This document shows positions 37,320-50,221 of a DNA stretch of 64,000 nucleotides, in pieces. Origin of the DNA: Sarea resinae (taxonomy: Eukaryota); NCBI GenBank assembly GCA_026026165.1, contig JAPEUD010000028.1:62001-126000 (forward strand). Reading direction: 5' to 3'. Position 1 is the stretch's first letter. Every line of letters starts with the position of its first letter. Below the pieces are notes generated by a model that saw nothing but the letters and a program-made list of their open reading frames with translations, was not told where the DNA came from and searched no databases. The translations under genes were made by a program, and so were the position numbers.

Positions 37320-38564
37320 ATGGTCCTCCTGGGCCTGTCTATCCTTCTTGCATCGCTTTCGTTTCTCATATACAGACACCCGCTTTCAACATGGACCGCG
37401 CCTTTTGGGTCTCTCCACGCGCAAGCCAAGGATCTCCGGCGGCACCAACCGGTACAGGACACGAGAGAGGAGGATCAAGCCAAAGACCTGCACTCAGACA
37501 TGAAAGACCCGGTCGATGACGAACAGGATGGTTGTGAGGCCAGCCTCAAAGAAGCCGATCTGGAGAAGAATGATCTCCGAGCCTCTTCTGCCGCCGCGAG
37601 CCATTCCACCACCTTACCCGCCACCCCGCCAACCCCATCGCGCGCACCGTCAATAGAACCTCCATCAATAGAACCTCTGCCAACAGAGCCCTCAGAGCAA
37701 TCGCCGTCGCTTCATCTCTCCATATCCTCCAGCACGCCCTCCCCGGAATCGACTCCAAGAGCTGGGCCCCGGCACACCCCACCATCACACTCCTCGTCCT
37801 CCAGCCCACAAGCAGTCATCCCCACGCTCTCCCTGTCCTCATCTCACGCCTCACCCCCCTTCCCCTCCTTCCCGGCCGCCAACTCAGCCCAACGCGCCTC
37901 CGCCGCTCAAAATTCAGCACTTTCGCCCACGCCCCGCGCGCCACCACGTCTGAACCCCCTCCCCGCCACCCAAACCGCCACATCACTGATGCCCCCACCA
38001 CCTGTCCCCAACCGGTCCCTCAACCCCTCCCCCCGCGCGCCGACCGCATCATCCCTGAGCCCCGCAGCCCAGCGCCGGCAGCCAAACCGCACAGTCCTCA
38101 AACCAGGCCACTCGCCCCTGGACTGGGCGCTCTACCGCTCGCGGATCCTCTCGGCCCCGGCCTCGGCCACGCCGGCCCTGATCAAAGTCACGCCCTCGCT
38201 GCTGAGCCAGCACAACGGGCGCCGCCGCCCGCGCCGCAAAGCCGCCCCGCTCGCCGACAACAAGGACATCGACACGGAGCCGTGGACGGCGTACCACGGC
38301 CGCGTCTACAACCTCGCGCCCTACCTCGCCTTCCACCCCGGCGGCGAGGGCGAGCTCCTGCGCGCCGCGGGCAAAGACGCCGCCGACCTGTTCGACAGCG
38401 TGCATCCGTGGGTCAACTGGGAGGGCATCCTGGGCGTGTGCTGTATCGGGATTCTCGTCCCCGAGGGCGACGACGACGACGACGACGCCGACAATGGCGC
38501 CGACGGCGCCGACAATAAACCCGGTGCCGAGCGTGCGAAATCAAGTCTAGATGACATGGATTAG
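37320..38564 (+). CDS. Cytochrome b5-like heme/steroid-binding protein (Irc21-like) with an N-terminal membrane anchor and Pro/Ser linker
   Basis: LKPGHSPLDWA, W...GRVYNLAPYLAFHPGG..L..AGKDA..LF..HPWVN (both heme-ligand His present). Hydrophobic N-terminus. Confidence 0.85.
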   Translation: MVLLGLSILLASLSFLIYRHPLSTWTAPFGSLHAQAKDLRRHQPVQDTREEDQAKDLHSDMKDPVDDEQDGCEASLKEADLEKNDLRASSAAASHSTTLPATPPTPSRAPSIEPPSIEPLPTEPSEQSPSLHLSISSSTPSPESTPRAGPRHTPPSHSSSSSPQAVIPTLSLSSSHASPPFPSFPAANSAQRASAAQNSALSPTPRAPPRLNPLPATQTATSLMPPPPVPNRSLNPSPRAPTASSLSPAAQRRQPNRTVLKPGHSPLDWALYRSRILSAPASATPALIKVTPSLLSQHNGRRRPRRKAAPLADNKDIDTEPWTAYHGRVYNLAPYLAFHPGGEGELLRAAGKDAADLFDSVHPWVNWEGILGVCCIGILVPEGDDDDDDADNGADGADNKPGAERAKSSLDDMD

Positions 38565-39278
38565 AGCCTACCCTGCTCCCTGGCTGGCTGGCTGGGCTGG
38601 CAGGCTGGCTAGCGTTCAGGTATTTTCCTTTTTTCACTAGATCTCGTATCGGCGACGGGCGACGGAGGGTTCGGCGTCCGTGTCTGCTCTGTGAGGTAGC
38701 TTTGCACACGTGCTTACGGTTCGGGAGCGGGAGCGAGGATATCGCTGGCGTGGGCTGGGTGGTGCATCCTACCGACCGGGTCAGAGGGCCATTTCTAGTA
38801 TGTAGGAGGGTGGGACAGGGCAGGGCGGGACAGGACAGCACAGGGAAGGGTAGGACAGCACAGGGCAGGGCAGGACAAGGCTTGCAACATAACGGATGGA
38901 TACCTCAGCACATAGAACTAGAATAGCATCGATACCCAGAGGACCCATGATAGATCCTTCAAAAAAAACATAGTTGACCCCATGAAGCGTGCAGGCCCCT
39001 TCTTTGGTGACTCTCTCACTGGAACCATCATCCTTCAATTGGGTCAAGTTTCGATCCATTATTCTAGCTCAGATGGACCCATCGATGAAAGACAGATCGC
39101 GGTCGTCTTCATATCCAGCCAATAGATAGCCATAAAAAGATCGGAATATTTACTCGTCCGACTTTTCCACCCATCCAGACTCGACAGCCCGTGTCTCGAA
39201 ATTCGAGCTTATCCCGGCCGGTCCAGACGCTATGAACGCTCGACATATACATACATACACACATACATACTCACCCAA

Positions 39279-42155
39279 TCAGCCTCTCCTTCGCCTGAAT
39301 CGAAACTTCAACTCGTCCTCACTCTCGTCCTCCTCGTCATCACTATCCTGCACCCTGGCTCCCCGGGCGAGGGTCGTCTGTCGTCTCTTCTTTGGGGGCG
39401 GCTGTTGTGCCCTCGCCGCCGCACCAGAAGACGAAGCGACGGGCGCAGGCCGTTTGGAGCTTGTCCGAGCGTCACTGCTACGGGTGTTGTGTGCTGCGCG
39501 GCCTGCAGAAGGAGGAGGCTGGCTGGACGGATCTGCAGCAGCGGTGCGGCGGGTGGATTTCACTCCTCGTGAGGGCTTCGAGATGATCTCTGTGACCTCG
39601 GGCATCTCATCATCGATTCTGTTCGTCACTTGATCATGGTCGTCGTCGTCGTTGTCGTCGTCGGAGATGACATGCGCCTCGGAAGGCTGCTGCGACGGCT
39701 GGCTGCGAGCAGTCGCAAAAGGTTGGGACTCAGAGCGAGAATGCTGGCTCGTCAGCGAATCTAGCTCGTTCTCTCTCTCCTTCTCCTTGCCCCTCTTCGT
39801 ACGGTAGGATCTGCCTTCAATCCAGTATTCCTCGCCAATGCCATAGTCTTTCTTTTTCACTTCCTCGAGCGGTACTATGACCTTCTGCGCCCTACGTTGT
39901 ATGGCAGGAGCACCGGCTTCGACGCGCCGACGGAACTTTTTGAAATTCTTTCGACCATTCCAGCGCTCGTCCCAGCGGTCACCCGTGTCACCGTAAGCTG
40001 CTGTCCTGGATGGTCTGTTTGGGCGTTCTAGAACTTCCATCTCTTCGACCAGAGCGAGATTCTTCATCTGCTCTATATCGATGCCCTCAAGCGATGCTTG
40101 AAGGGATTCCTGACCAAGACGTGCTACTTCTTCCTCGGCCTCTAGGTGCTCGCGAGCGGCTTCACGCACGTTGATTTCTTTGTTTGGCTTCCTCGCCATT
40201 TTCGGGGACTCTACCGGAGTCTGTTGGGACTGAGAGGGTTTTGTCGATATACCCCTCCTTTCCTCGTCGATTCGTCGGCGCTTCATTGCGGCAGCAGCAG
40301 GAAGCATAGTCTCTACGACCTCTGCATCATCTTCATGATCGGATGGAGGCGCTGATCGTTTCCTTGACGATCTATTCTGTGTCGCGCTGGTTTCGTGGGG
40401 CTGGGAGTCAACATCCATAACAGACTGGCTGACGAACAAGCCTTGCTGGAGATGTGTTAATTCTACGTTTGCCACTCTGCTCGGGGGGGCCTACCGACTC
40501 CTCTCGCGTAGCGTTGTCTTGAGGGACGCTGCTTATTTGGAGAGAACTATCAACTAACGACTTCTGTGGTGTTGACGCGGAATCAAAATCGTCAAATCCC
40601 TTGAATCGACTCGTCACTGCTCTTCGCATTCTTGAACGCCTAGTAGGCTTCGGCTGCTCCTCCACCGGATTCTCTGATGGCTTTTCTGCAGCCTCTTCCT
40701 CGACCGCTTCATGCCGTTCCTGGGTGCTAGGCACTACGCACACGTCAGTTCGAATCAAGTGTAGAGTGAAAAGGTCGGACACTCACTCGCCGTGTTTGGA
40801 GGGGCCCTTATACTCTCATCGTCTTCTTCAGGCAAAGGTCTTCTAAGCACACTAGCATCATTAACAAGTATGGCATCCAAGAACTCGCTCTGCTCTATGA
40901 GTCGTTGATCCAGTCTTCGAGCTACATCATTCCCAAGCTCAATGGCCCAGTCTTCCATTCCCTTCTTTCCCCTAAATCGAACCACGACGGCGCCTTTCCC
41001 TGCGTCCCCACTTTGAAAAGATTCGTTCTCTTTCTCGCCAGAAACATTCTTGACGTATTGCACAATCTCCTCTACAGTCGTTTTGCCCATCTGGAGCTGA
41101 AATAGGACCGCCTTGCCGCCGCCATTAGCGATTGGTGCTTGTAGATTATCAAACTGCGTCTGGTCGCAAAAGACAAAGGTAAAATTCTCGAAGACATTGG
41201 CCCTTTTAGGATCGGGAGCAAAGAACTCCGCAGGTCGCTGTTTGGGTTCCTTTGCTTGGGCGGGCAAATGTTGTGAAACGTCGGGCCAATTTGCATCAAA
41301 ATCTATTTCCAGGGGCGCTTGGCTTTCAATTCCGTCCACGGCCCCCGGAGTAGCTGCTGCAACTATGGCGTCCACGAAAGAATCATCGACAATGTACCTG
41401 GCATTGATCAGGGCCTGAAGGCCTTTCGCTGTATTACGCTTGCTGGCCACCACGTGGGTTGTCTTATTGGTCACATAGGGGATGATTGCTTTGATATCAA
41501 GAGCCTCGAGACGTGCGCGCACGGGTATCAAAGGATCCTTGTTCTTTTGCTCCTTGGATGAGAAGGAAAAGGACAACACGACAGGCTCCCACCTTATGCT
41601 TGACAATGTGAATATGCGGCAAAACGCCAGAGTGGAGAGATCTCAAGGACTTACCGAAAAAGCTGCGGGAAACTACCGAGCTTGATTTCGTGCTCGTCTT
41701 TGCTCAGAACACGAGATTGACCTCGAATCTGTTCGCCGTCGAGATGAGTGCCAATCTTGGCGTTCTGATCCTCGATCGTGAGCTCTGATCTGGTGTGAAC
41801 ATGAGACTAGGATCAGGTTGGGTCAGTCTCTAGCAGCCATCTATACAGGAAAAGCAACGTACGCCGTCTCCCGGTTTGACATCGGCTACCGTGATGGTAA
41901 GATGCTTCCTCGAGATGGACTTGTTCTCGATGACAAAGCCGCCTAGAAACGAGGTTAATTTCTGGTTTCCGAGCAATCCGACCTTTTTCATCTCTCACCT
42001 CCTTCAGGCCTTGTCCTCCCGAAAAGATATTTTTTGCCCGGCCGTAACCAGATTCTCTTGTCTGCGGGAAGTAGCACATCAGCCAAAGATCAACCGGATG
42101 GCTGGCATCAATGCTTACGCTGTAGCACATCGCCATCCGACTCGAGAATCCACAT
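39279..42155 (-). CDS. NBS1: Nibrin/Nbs1 (Xrs2, ScaA) subunit of the MRN complex, multi-exon
   Basis: FHA start MWILESDG../WLRPGKKYLFGR/KSISRKHL, BRCT region (TTHVVASKRNTAKGLQALIN), Mre11-binding WNGRKNFKKFRR, and acidic patch plus FxF Tel1/ATM motif (DDEEDESEDELKFRFRRRRG*). Confidence 0.9.
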
Positions 42156-42830
42156 GGCCTCGAGTCGTCGACATCAGAGAGGTTCTTGGTGCTCTGAAGT
42201 CGTAGCCGTGAGTTGTCAGCTGTCTCGATACCTGACCCAAGGTAGGTCGGTTGGTAGGCAGCCAGTCTACTCTATGCTCAGGGCACCCGCTCACCACGTG
42301 TGGTCGAGTAGAGGAGACGTGAAGTGGCAGTGGTGACGGCGCTTGTGACACGACCGGGCGACACGAGTTCATGTGACTTGGCCGCTCTCATGAAGAGGCT
42401 GTTTCAGGGCTAGCGCATGACGTGGGTGCATGGTGGGTGCTGGATGAGACCGCGCGACATCTTGCGCGGTAGTGTCTACCTCTTCTACGGGTTAGACTGC
42501 GCCGATGCAGAAGTCTCTCTACTTCCGCTCCCCATCCCGCATCTCCTGCGACGTCACACCACACCTACTAAGTCCTGCTAGTCCTGTCCCTGCAGCGCCC
42601 GGCTCGGGCATGGCGGGGGAGCAACGCAGCTCTCCAGCTGGCAACAAACAAAACGCAGCCACTTGACCCCCTCATCCTCTCCCTCTGACCTGGTCAGCTC
42701 ACTCTGCACCCACAGCTCCTACATCAAGCTCATATAGCCACCACTTTAAAGAAAGCTTGCTGCCATCAATTGCCTCGGCCATCTTCTTCACACCGCCAAG
42801 TTTCTATCACAGCCAACACCATCACCCACC

Positions 42831-43652
42831 ATGGCCGACACGACCACCACCCCCGACATCGACGAGACCCCGATCTCGACCATCGAGCGTCGCGACTCTC
42901 TCGAGAAGCACCTGCAGCACCGTCCCGACCCGCAGGAGCTCAAGGACAGGCACATCCTCCTCGACACGAATGCTGCTCCGTAAGCTTGGCCCTCACACGT
43001 AGCCCACGGCGTTTCCCTCAGCCTTGGGTTGGTCTCTTCGCTTCACATGTGCTACAAACCAGAGGGTGGCAGACAGCAAGCTGACCCGAGACTAGCGCTC
43101 TTCAAGCCACCGCCCTCGAACTGGAGCGCCAGCTCGCAACCGACAACCTGAAGAAAGGACTCGAGAAGCGTCCAGAGCGTGAGGAACTGATCGAGCGTAT
43201 ATCTCCCCTTTTCCTCGGTCTCGAGCCGTCCCCCCTCTGCCCTATTTCCCCTCCACTCTATTCATCAAGCCAAACAACAACCACCATCTCCTTTTCCAAA
43301 AACCGACCTACTAACTCCAACCAAAAGGCAACATCCTCCCCAACAGCACCGCCGCCCCGGCCCTTCAAGCCAACCAACGCGAGCTCGACCGCCACATGCG
43401 CGCCGACAGCCTCGAGCAGAAGATCGCGCGCCGGCCGTCGCCCGAGCGGCTGATCAAAGAGGGGATCCTCGATCGTAAGTGTCTGACCCCGAATACCGCC
43501 CCTGCATCTATCTGCATCTGCCACCACCAGAGCCATGGCATGGTGAAACGCAGACTCCCCAATGACGATGATCCTGATCCAAACCTCGCCCGGTTTCCTA
43601 ATGCTGACAACGACAACCTCCAGCGGATGAAGACCCCACGAAACCAGAATAG
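42831..43652 (+). CDS. RPEL-repeat protein (three RPEL-like repeats), 4 exons
   Basis: LEKHLQHRPDPQELKDRHIL, LKKGLEKRPEREELIERNIL and LEQKIARRPSPERLIKEGIL after splicing of three introns. Stop TAG at 43650-43652. Confidence 0.85.
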
Positions 43653-44029
43653 TTCCATCCCTCCTCCGCTCAGTTCGGCTTGGCTCGGCTCGACTGGGCT
43701 CAACTCATCAGCTGGCCGCTTCACTCCCAAGTCCCCCTTTCTCAATAACACTCGAATTTTCGCTCGCTCGCGCACCGTTTGTTTCTGGACGACACCAACG
43801 CAAATGTTCCTCTACATCAAAACGGAGGCATGGACGGACGGACAGACAGACAGACAGACAGAAACATACGAAAACAATGGCTACTACAAACACACGCACA
43901 CACACGTGGTACACGGAGTTCAGGCATCTTCTTTTATTCTTTCTTTCTTTCTTTCTATTCGATCAAATTTATCGCAGATGAAAGGGGAAAAAAAATGACA
44001 GCGAATGTAGCCCACACACACACACACAG

Positions 44030-44086
44030 ACACATACTGAGAAAATTCCACGTGCAGGTACACATGTACGTCACATGTATAAGGCG

Positions 44087-44123
<37 letters not shown>

Positions 44124-44380
44124 AGTAGTGTAGTAGCAGTCATAATTCCATCCGCATACCTCCTTACCTAACCCCCTCCCTACAGACCTCCCTACAGACC
44201 TATCTCCCTACCTCTCTCTCTCTCTCTCTCTCTCTCTCGCTTCTCCTTAGTATAGTCTCACCGAGTACATCTCCAGCTCCAGCCAGTTCAAACCTCCCAT
44301 CTTACAGTAAACACCTCTACCGCAAGGTAGGTAGGTAGGTAGGTAGGTAGGGAGGGAGGTAGGGAGGTAGGGAGGTAAAT
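44030..44380. repeat. Microsatellite cluster: (CA)n, (CGT)n, (CT)n, (GGTA)n/(GGGAGGTA)n
   Basis: Seen directly between the convergent 3' ends of the RPEL gene and ERG9. Confidence 0.85.
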
Positions 44381-45177
44381 AAACATACCTACTACTCACT
44401 AATCCATGCAATTCGATCTCACACACTCACACAATCACTCACTCATTTCCCAAAAAGACAAAAAATCATCTCCGCCACCTTCTCCTTCCGTCCCGCCTGA
44501 GGCAAATCAAGCGAAAGAGTAAGATCATCAAATAATTTCTCATACCATATTTCTAATCCGGCCTAGATAGCGAAGATAAGAGATCACGTCTACAAAGACA
44601 TGTGCGTGCACAACCGCCTGTTCCGCAACTCTACCGAAGAGAAGGAAAAAAAACCCCAAGTCTTGGAAGAGACGGCCCCATCGCTGGGTTTCCGGCACAA
44701 CAGGAAATATCAGCACATCTTCGGCACAACCTCAGCCATGGAAGGGCTGTCCCTCTCGAAAGAGAGACAGCCGGGGGCAGGGTTGCAATTTGACATCCGT
44801 GCTAGCATCATTATCCACCACCGCGACGTGTTCAGAAAAGAAAGCGTCGTGGTAGGATGAAAAGTCGTATGTGAAATGGGTCGAGAGATCAAGTGTCATT
44901 CCCTTGCATGAGAGACAGGAAGAGGGTGGGCCAGAGCTATTTGTCTGATTTGTTTTGAATTGGATGGTCATTTACTTGCGGGGCAAACTCCTATGTAAGT
45001 CATGGTTAGAAGATTACCAGTTCAGTCGCCCAAAGAGGAGACGCGGTCGCTAGGGTACATTAGATTCAGAAGACGGAGGATGAGGTGCTGCGATCCGCGC
45101 ACGCAGATCCCAAAGAACAAAAGATGATCGAACTCGCACTCAAGCGCAGTCGACAAGACTTCGACGACGAAGGGAAA

Positions 45178-46844
45178 TCATAACTCGGCATGGTCGGACA
45201 CATTCGCCGGCGTCGAGAGTTCGGAGAAGGCGCTGGATGTGATGTTGCGCAGGCCGTCTTTGAGATCTGCCATGACTAGGCCAAGAGGAAGGCCTAACAT
45301 CCATCCGATAAAGAACTGCAAGAGTGGCCTGTCAGAATAGATGCATCAAAGGTTTGGGGGTAGGCTGCAGGGTAATGGATGACTGGAGGGTTACCATGAT
45401 GAACGTGACAAAACCCAGAGTGAGTGCTGTGGCGAGGACGATGTAGAAAGTGTCCTTTTTGGCTTCTGCATCTAGTTCCGCTGCCTTCTTTTCTTCGGCG
45501 GTTGCCGGTTCGCCAGCTCGCAGGCGTGTCAGCGTCTTTGGATCTTGGGTGGGGAAAATCGATTCGACGAATTGCTCGATCTATTGGAACGTCAGATTTG
45601 TCGGCAAATATGAGGCAGAAAAGAGAGACAGACCTTTGCGCAGGCAATGCTGATCTTGAGGAAATTCGGATCTTTGGGCGTGTTCTTCTTGTGGATTTTC
45701 TTCGCGTATCTCTTAAACACACCGCAGACGATTTGCAAGTTTTGTGATGACTCCGTCATCAATTGACACGCTGCGCCCTTTGTAATCTTGACGTTCTTCT
45801 GGAAGACGAGAGGATTTCGGAAGACCAACTCCAAGGTGGCGATGGCCATGGTCTGGGGAATCGCGGCAAAGTTGAAGACGCTCTGTTCTCGGATACCAGC
45901 CAGATAGAACAAGCACTCATCAGCATGCTCAAGAGCGTTGAGAACCATCTCGGAACTGCAATTGAGGGCGATCTCTTCGTTCTTCTTTTCGCACAGATCT
46001 TCAAAGTTATCAACATACTTGGACCAGATCTCCTTGGGCCAGAAGCGTCTCTTGTCATCCAGATCCTCGCGGATGTCCCGAATAATGTTTGTCTTCTGAA
46101 GAAAGAGGCCCATCGACTCTTGAAGATGTGGACGCTTCAGAAGAGCCTCACTGGCCAACTTGCTCTCAACGAAGAGGCGAGTCAGCCCCTCACCCACAAG
46201 ACCGGCGACGTAATGGCAATATAGGTTGTAGTCCTTGATCGTGTTGACGCCATTCACATTGTGTTCTGCGTTGTTTGCATAGTCGGCCATACCATTGCCC
46301 ATCTTTTGGGTAATGTCCCTTATGATTGCGCGGTAAGCGGGCTTGAGCTTCTTGAACTCCTCCACGACGACATCGAAGTGGACCAGTACCGCTCTGTCTT
46401 TTTCGTTGGGGCCATTTTCGGTGAAGGTCCATCCGTCTTTTTCCACGACGCTGTGGAAGTTGCGTAGAAGCGGCTCCTTCTTTTCGAGCGGGATCGTCAT
46501 GTCATCTTCAATGGTGTCCAGGCCACGCAGGACGATGTAGAAGAGCGCAATCGGGACGAGAAGCTCAGGGTGGAGTTCCTGAATGACGGCGCTGAAGCTC
46601 CGACTGGTTTGCTTCAGGAGCTCGAAGCATTGCCGCAGGGTTTCCGGCTCCTTCTCCGGATCCCTCTCGTGCACCGGGGTATGCCATACTTTCCTGAGCA
46701 GGTCGTGATCAGCGTCCAATTCCGTTCAACGTCGCGAGGAAGCCGAAGAGACTCGGGGGGAAAACGTGCCACGTACCATTGTATGATGGCCCTCAGTTCC
46801 GTCGTGTGAACGGCATAGTAGAGAATATCCGAGATTTTGGGCAT
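45178..46844 (-). CDS. ERG9: Squalene synthase (farnesyl-diphosphate farnesyltransferase), 4 exons
   Basis: [62 protein letters not shown] and a C-terminal TM segment. Last exon ends ...VSDHAEL*. Confidence 0.95.
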
Positions 46845-48154
46845 GGCGAAGGGCAATGGGGAGGGGAGGTGGGAGCCACCAAGGTGGCTGTTGAGATTTT
46901 GAGGTGAAAAGTGGTGGGAGCGAGCTCGGAAACACACTGTCCCTCGCCAATTGATTGGCGACGAGCGTGACTAAGCGGTGGGGACCCTGAGTCTGGAGTC
47001 GGGGGAGATGAATGATAAGATCTTGATCAATTGGAATGAGTAGGCACAGATCGGATCATTCGAATCGAACGGATTAAGTCATCAATGGAAGTGGACTGGA
47101 CTGGGAACCGGGAAGCTGAACGCAGGGCCTGACGCGTACAGATGGTGGATGCAGCAGCAGGTGCTTGCAGCTGGAGGACTGCAGCAGGAGCAGGAGGAGA
47201 GCAGTGGAGGCCGGCCGGATCGATACGACGGATCGATACGAAAGGGACGGCAGAGAGAGAAATACGACGTGAAGGGTTTGGTACCTGGGCCTGGTCGACG
47301 GCCTGACCTGATTCTGATGGATCGACCGACCAGTTTGAGGTACCTCGACCTTACCAGGCCACCATACTCTGGAGTAGAGTAATAGTAGCCAAAGAATAGA
47401 GCATTTCGTACAGAGCAGCATGGTAGGTAGTACGGTACTACAAGGTATGATATGAGGGTAGAGCTGGGGAGATACACTCCCGGGCTGTACCGACTACTGC
47501 GTCGATACCCTCGCCTCTACTACATACGTAGTACTACGTAGGTCGCTTGGCAACAGAGCCAAGGGATTCGAGGTACTCCGAGTACGAAGGTACTGGCTTC
47601 TCGTACCACTCACTCTTGGCCATTTGCGTCTCCCTGCCCTCACGTAGAGTGCTAGTGCTCGTGCTCGTGCAGTGCTCGTGCCGGCATCGTCCACTCCAGA
47701 TTTCCAATGGTGTCCTGCACTAATCGGGATCCTGGATGGATGCCACTGCCGCTGCCACACTGCTGGACGTCGCTTTCGGAACGACGCTGGCCTCCAGGCT
47801 CGTTGACCGCGCTGACTACGGACTACGGACTACTGACCACGCTGACCACGCTGACACCTATCCCATCTCTTCTCGTATGTAGAGTAAGTGTGCTAGTCGA
47901 TATAAAGATGGACGGGTCGCTGTGTTTCTCGTCCAGTCTTGTCCGGCTCTTCTCGTGCTGGCATCACTCATTACTGCTCGACTGTTGTTGTCCTTGCTGC
48001 TGCTGCTGCTGCTCCTGCTCTATGAATATCCAATATAATCCCCCATAACCGCCCCCACACCTCGTGCCAGCGTCAGCACTCGCTGAATCAAGGTACTTCC
48101 TCCCGACCTACCCGCCTACCTCGCAGCTGAAAGACTGCTCTTCTTCTCGTCAAG

Positions 48155-49299
48155 ATGGACATGTCTGATGCCAAGGTGGAGCCTGACCTTGAAGATCGAG
48201 GCGACGTCGAACCCGTGGGAGAGAAGGGCACGGCGAGCTTGTCGAGCCCGCCGTCGCCCATCTCAGCTCGTGAGCAAGCAATTGATGTCTTCTGCATTGG
48301 GCTAAACACCGTCTGCACCGTGGCTCTGGTGTTCCTCAATAAAAAGTATGCTATCTACCGCCATCCCCCACGGTGACTCTGGTGAATTGGGCAACATCGT
48401 CGTTGCGCGCTCGTCGTGCGAATGGGGCTCACCTCCGTCTAGGATATTTCGAGATCCTCAACTCAAACAGATGCAGATCTCGTTTGCCATGTGGCATTTC
48501 GCCTGCACGGCGGCGGTGCTGTGGATCGCTTCTCACAGGCCCTTCAACTTGTTCACCCCTGTCAGGCTGCCCTTCTTCCAGATGATCCCTCTTTGCAGCT
48601 TCTTTGCCGGCTTTTTAATATTGAACAACCTAAGTCTTACCTTCAATACCGTCGGCTTCTACCAGCTGGCCAAGATCATGACCACTCCATGCGTTGTCTT
48701 TCTCAATTATGTGCTTTTCGGCAAGACCATCAATCTGATGACGGCGTTGACCTTGCTCTGCGTCTGCTTTGGCGTCTCTCTGACCAACACCCAGGTGGCC
48801 GGGAGTAACCCGGCTGGCGCCACTATCGCAGCCCTAGCCTTCACCGTCACAGCCGTATACCAAATCTGGATCGGCAAGAAGATCAAAGATTTCCAGGTCT
48901 CCAGTCCGCAGTTGCTCATGAATCAGGCCCCGATCTCGGTCCTCCTCCTAGCTTTCCTGATCCCCTTCTTCGACACCCCAGCCGACTTTCGGACGGTGCC
49001 CGAGGATTCGCTCGTTGCGTTGTTCTTCTCGGGCATCGTGGCCAGCTTGCTGAATCTATCGCAATTCCTCATCATCGGGAGAACGTCTGCAGTAACGGTA
49101 GGCGTACTAGAGCTCTTGTGCTCCCGTCGAATGCTGCTAACTGCCTTATCAGTTCAACGTTGCCTCCAACCTCAAAACGGTCATCATCGTCACAGCTGGC
49201 TGGATCAGTGACGGCAAGGTCTTGAATTTGCAAGATTTGTTCGGCATCACTTTCGCAGTGGGCGGTGCGATGGCGTACAGCCAGCTCTCGCAGCGGTGA
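48155..49299 (+). CDS. Nucleotide-sugar/triose-phosphate transporter family protein (SLC35E3-like), 3 exons
   Basis: TVALVFLNK/IF, LNNLSLTFNTVGFYQLAKIMTTP, SPQLLMNQAP, NLSQFLIIGRTSAVT/FNVASNLKT; about 10 hydrophobic segments. Confidence 0.85.
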
Positions 49300-49813
49300 T
49301 TGATTACGCATCACTTCCTCCTGCTTCGTGGCGTTAGGCGATTCGGAACGGGGCGAGGGAATCCATGGTGGCATATGGTTTGCTATTGGTATTACGGATC
49401 GGGACTGGCGTTCTTGCGGGGATTAAGCGGTATCGACCACGAAGGCTGCATCTCCATCAAGGAACAGGCAAGCATTCAAGCGTCTTCATCATCCATCTGT
49501 TTGGGAGATTATGCAAGCTACTCCCTTGCGGCTTTGGCTACTTTCGACAACATTTCTCTATCTGCTTATCAAGCTTTAGCTCATATAGACGCATATAGCA
49601 AAGGAGAATCGAATGCAGCACAGTATAGAAATAGCTACAATGCCAAAGATGCAACATCTCCTCGGAGCTAGCATGACCACCTGCAGGCATCTGGCCACCA
49701 CGTAGAGCTCGGTAATCAGTGAATTACATGGAATTTTCCGAGAAAAAGTCGCATGATCGATGAAGCAGCGATACATGAAAGAGAACAACGTCGTCGAGAG
49801 AGTTTACTTCCAC

Positions 49814-50210
49814 TCAAAGGTCATCGACATCGTCACTCGCACAATACGGGCTTTTCTTTCTCAAAAGGGCCCCGGATTTCCACTGCAGGGTGACACCCGG
49901 CAGTCCGATACCCAAGGCGACAATGCCCAGTATGCTGCTCGTCCAACCATAGCCCAACCTTTCATATCTACTCGCGCGTTGTCAGTAGCTGTGTAGTCCA
50001 TGATTACGACGAGGATGAGGACGAGGAAAACAAAAAGAAAAAACGAGACACTGACGCGTACGGCGTGAAGACAGGAAAGGCGAAATTAGCCAGACATCGG
50101 AGCATGGAGGTCGCAGCCAGGCCGCTGGCCGAGTATCTCCCGTACGTATCGACTATATAGGTGTTATTGGACAGCGTACAGACATAAGCGGCCGCGGTAA
50201 AAACGGGAAT
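49814..50210 (-). pseudogene. 3' remnant of an MFS (DHA1-like) drug:H+ antiporter (last TM helices only)
   Basis: TYIVDTYGRYSASGLAATSMLRCLANFAFPVFTPY, an intron, then YERLGYGWTSSILGIVALGIGLPG..LRKKSPYCAS*. No upstream coding sequence: homology ends at about 50210. Confidence 0.7.
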
Positions 50211-50221
50211 GCGGTTTTCGA

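Noticed and set aside
43396..43998. 200-aa ORF extending the RPEL gene
   Set aside because: It reads through an intron (GTAAGT at 43475) and the 3' UTR. The spliced model stops at 43652.
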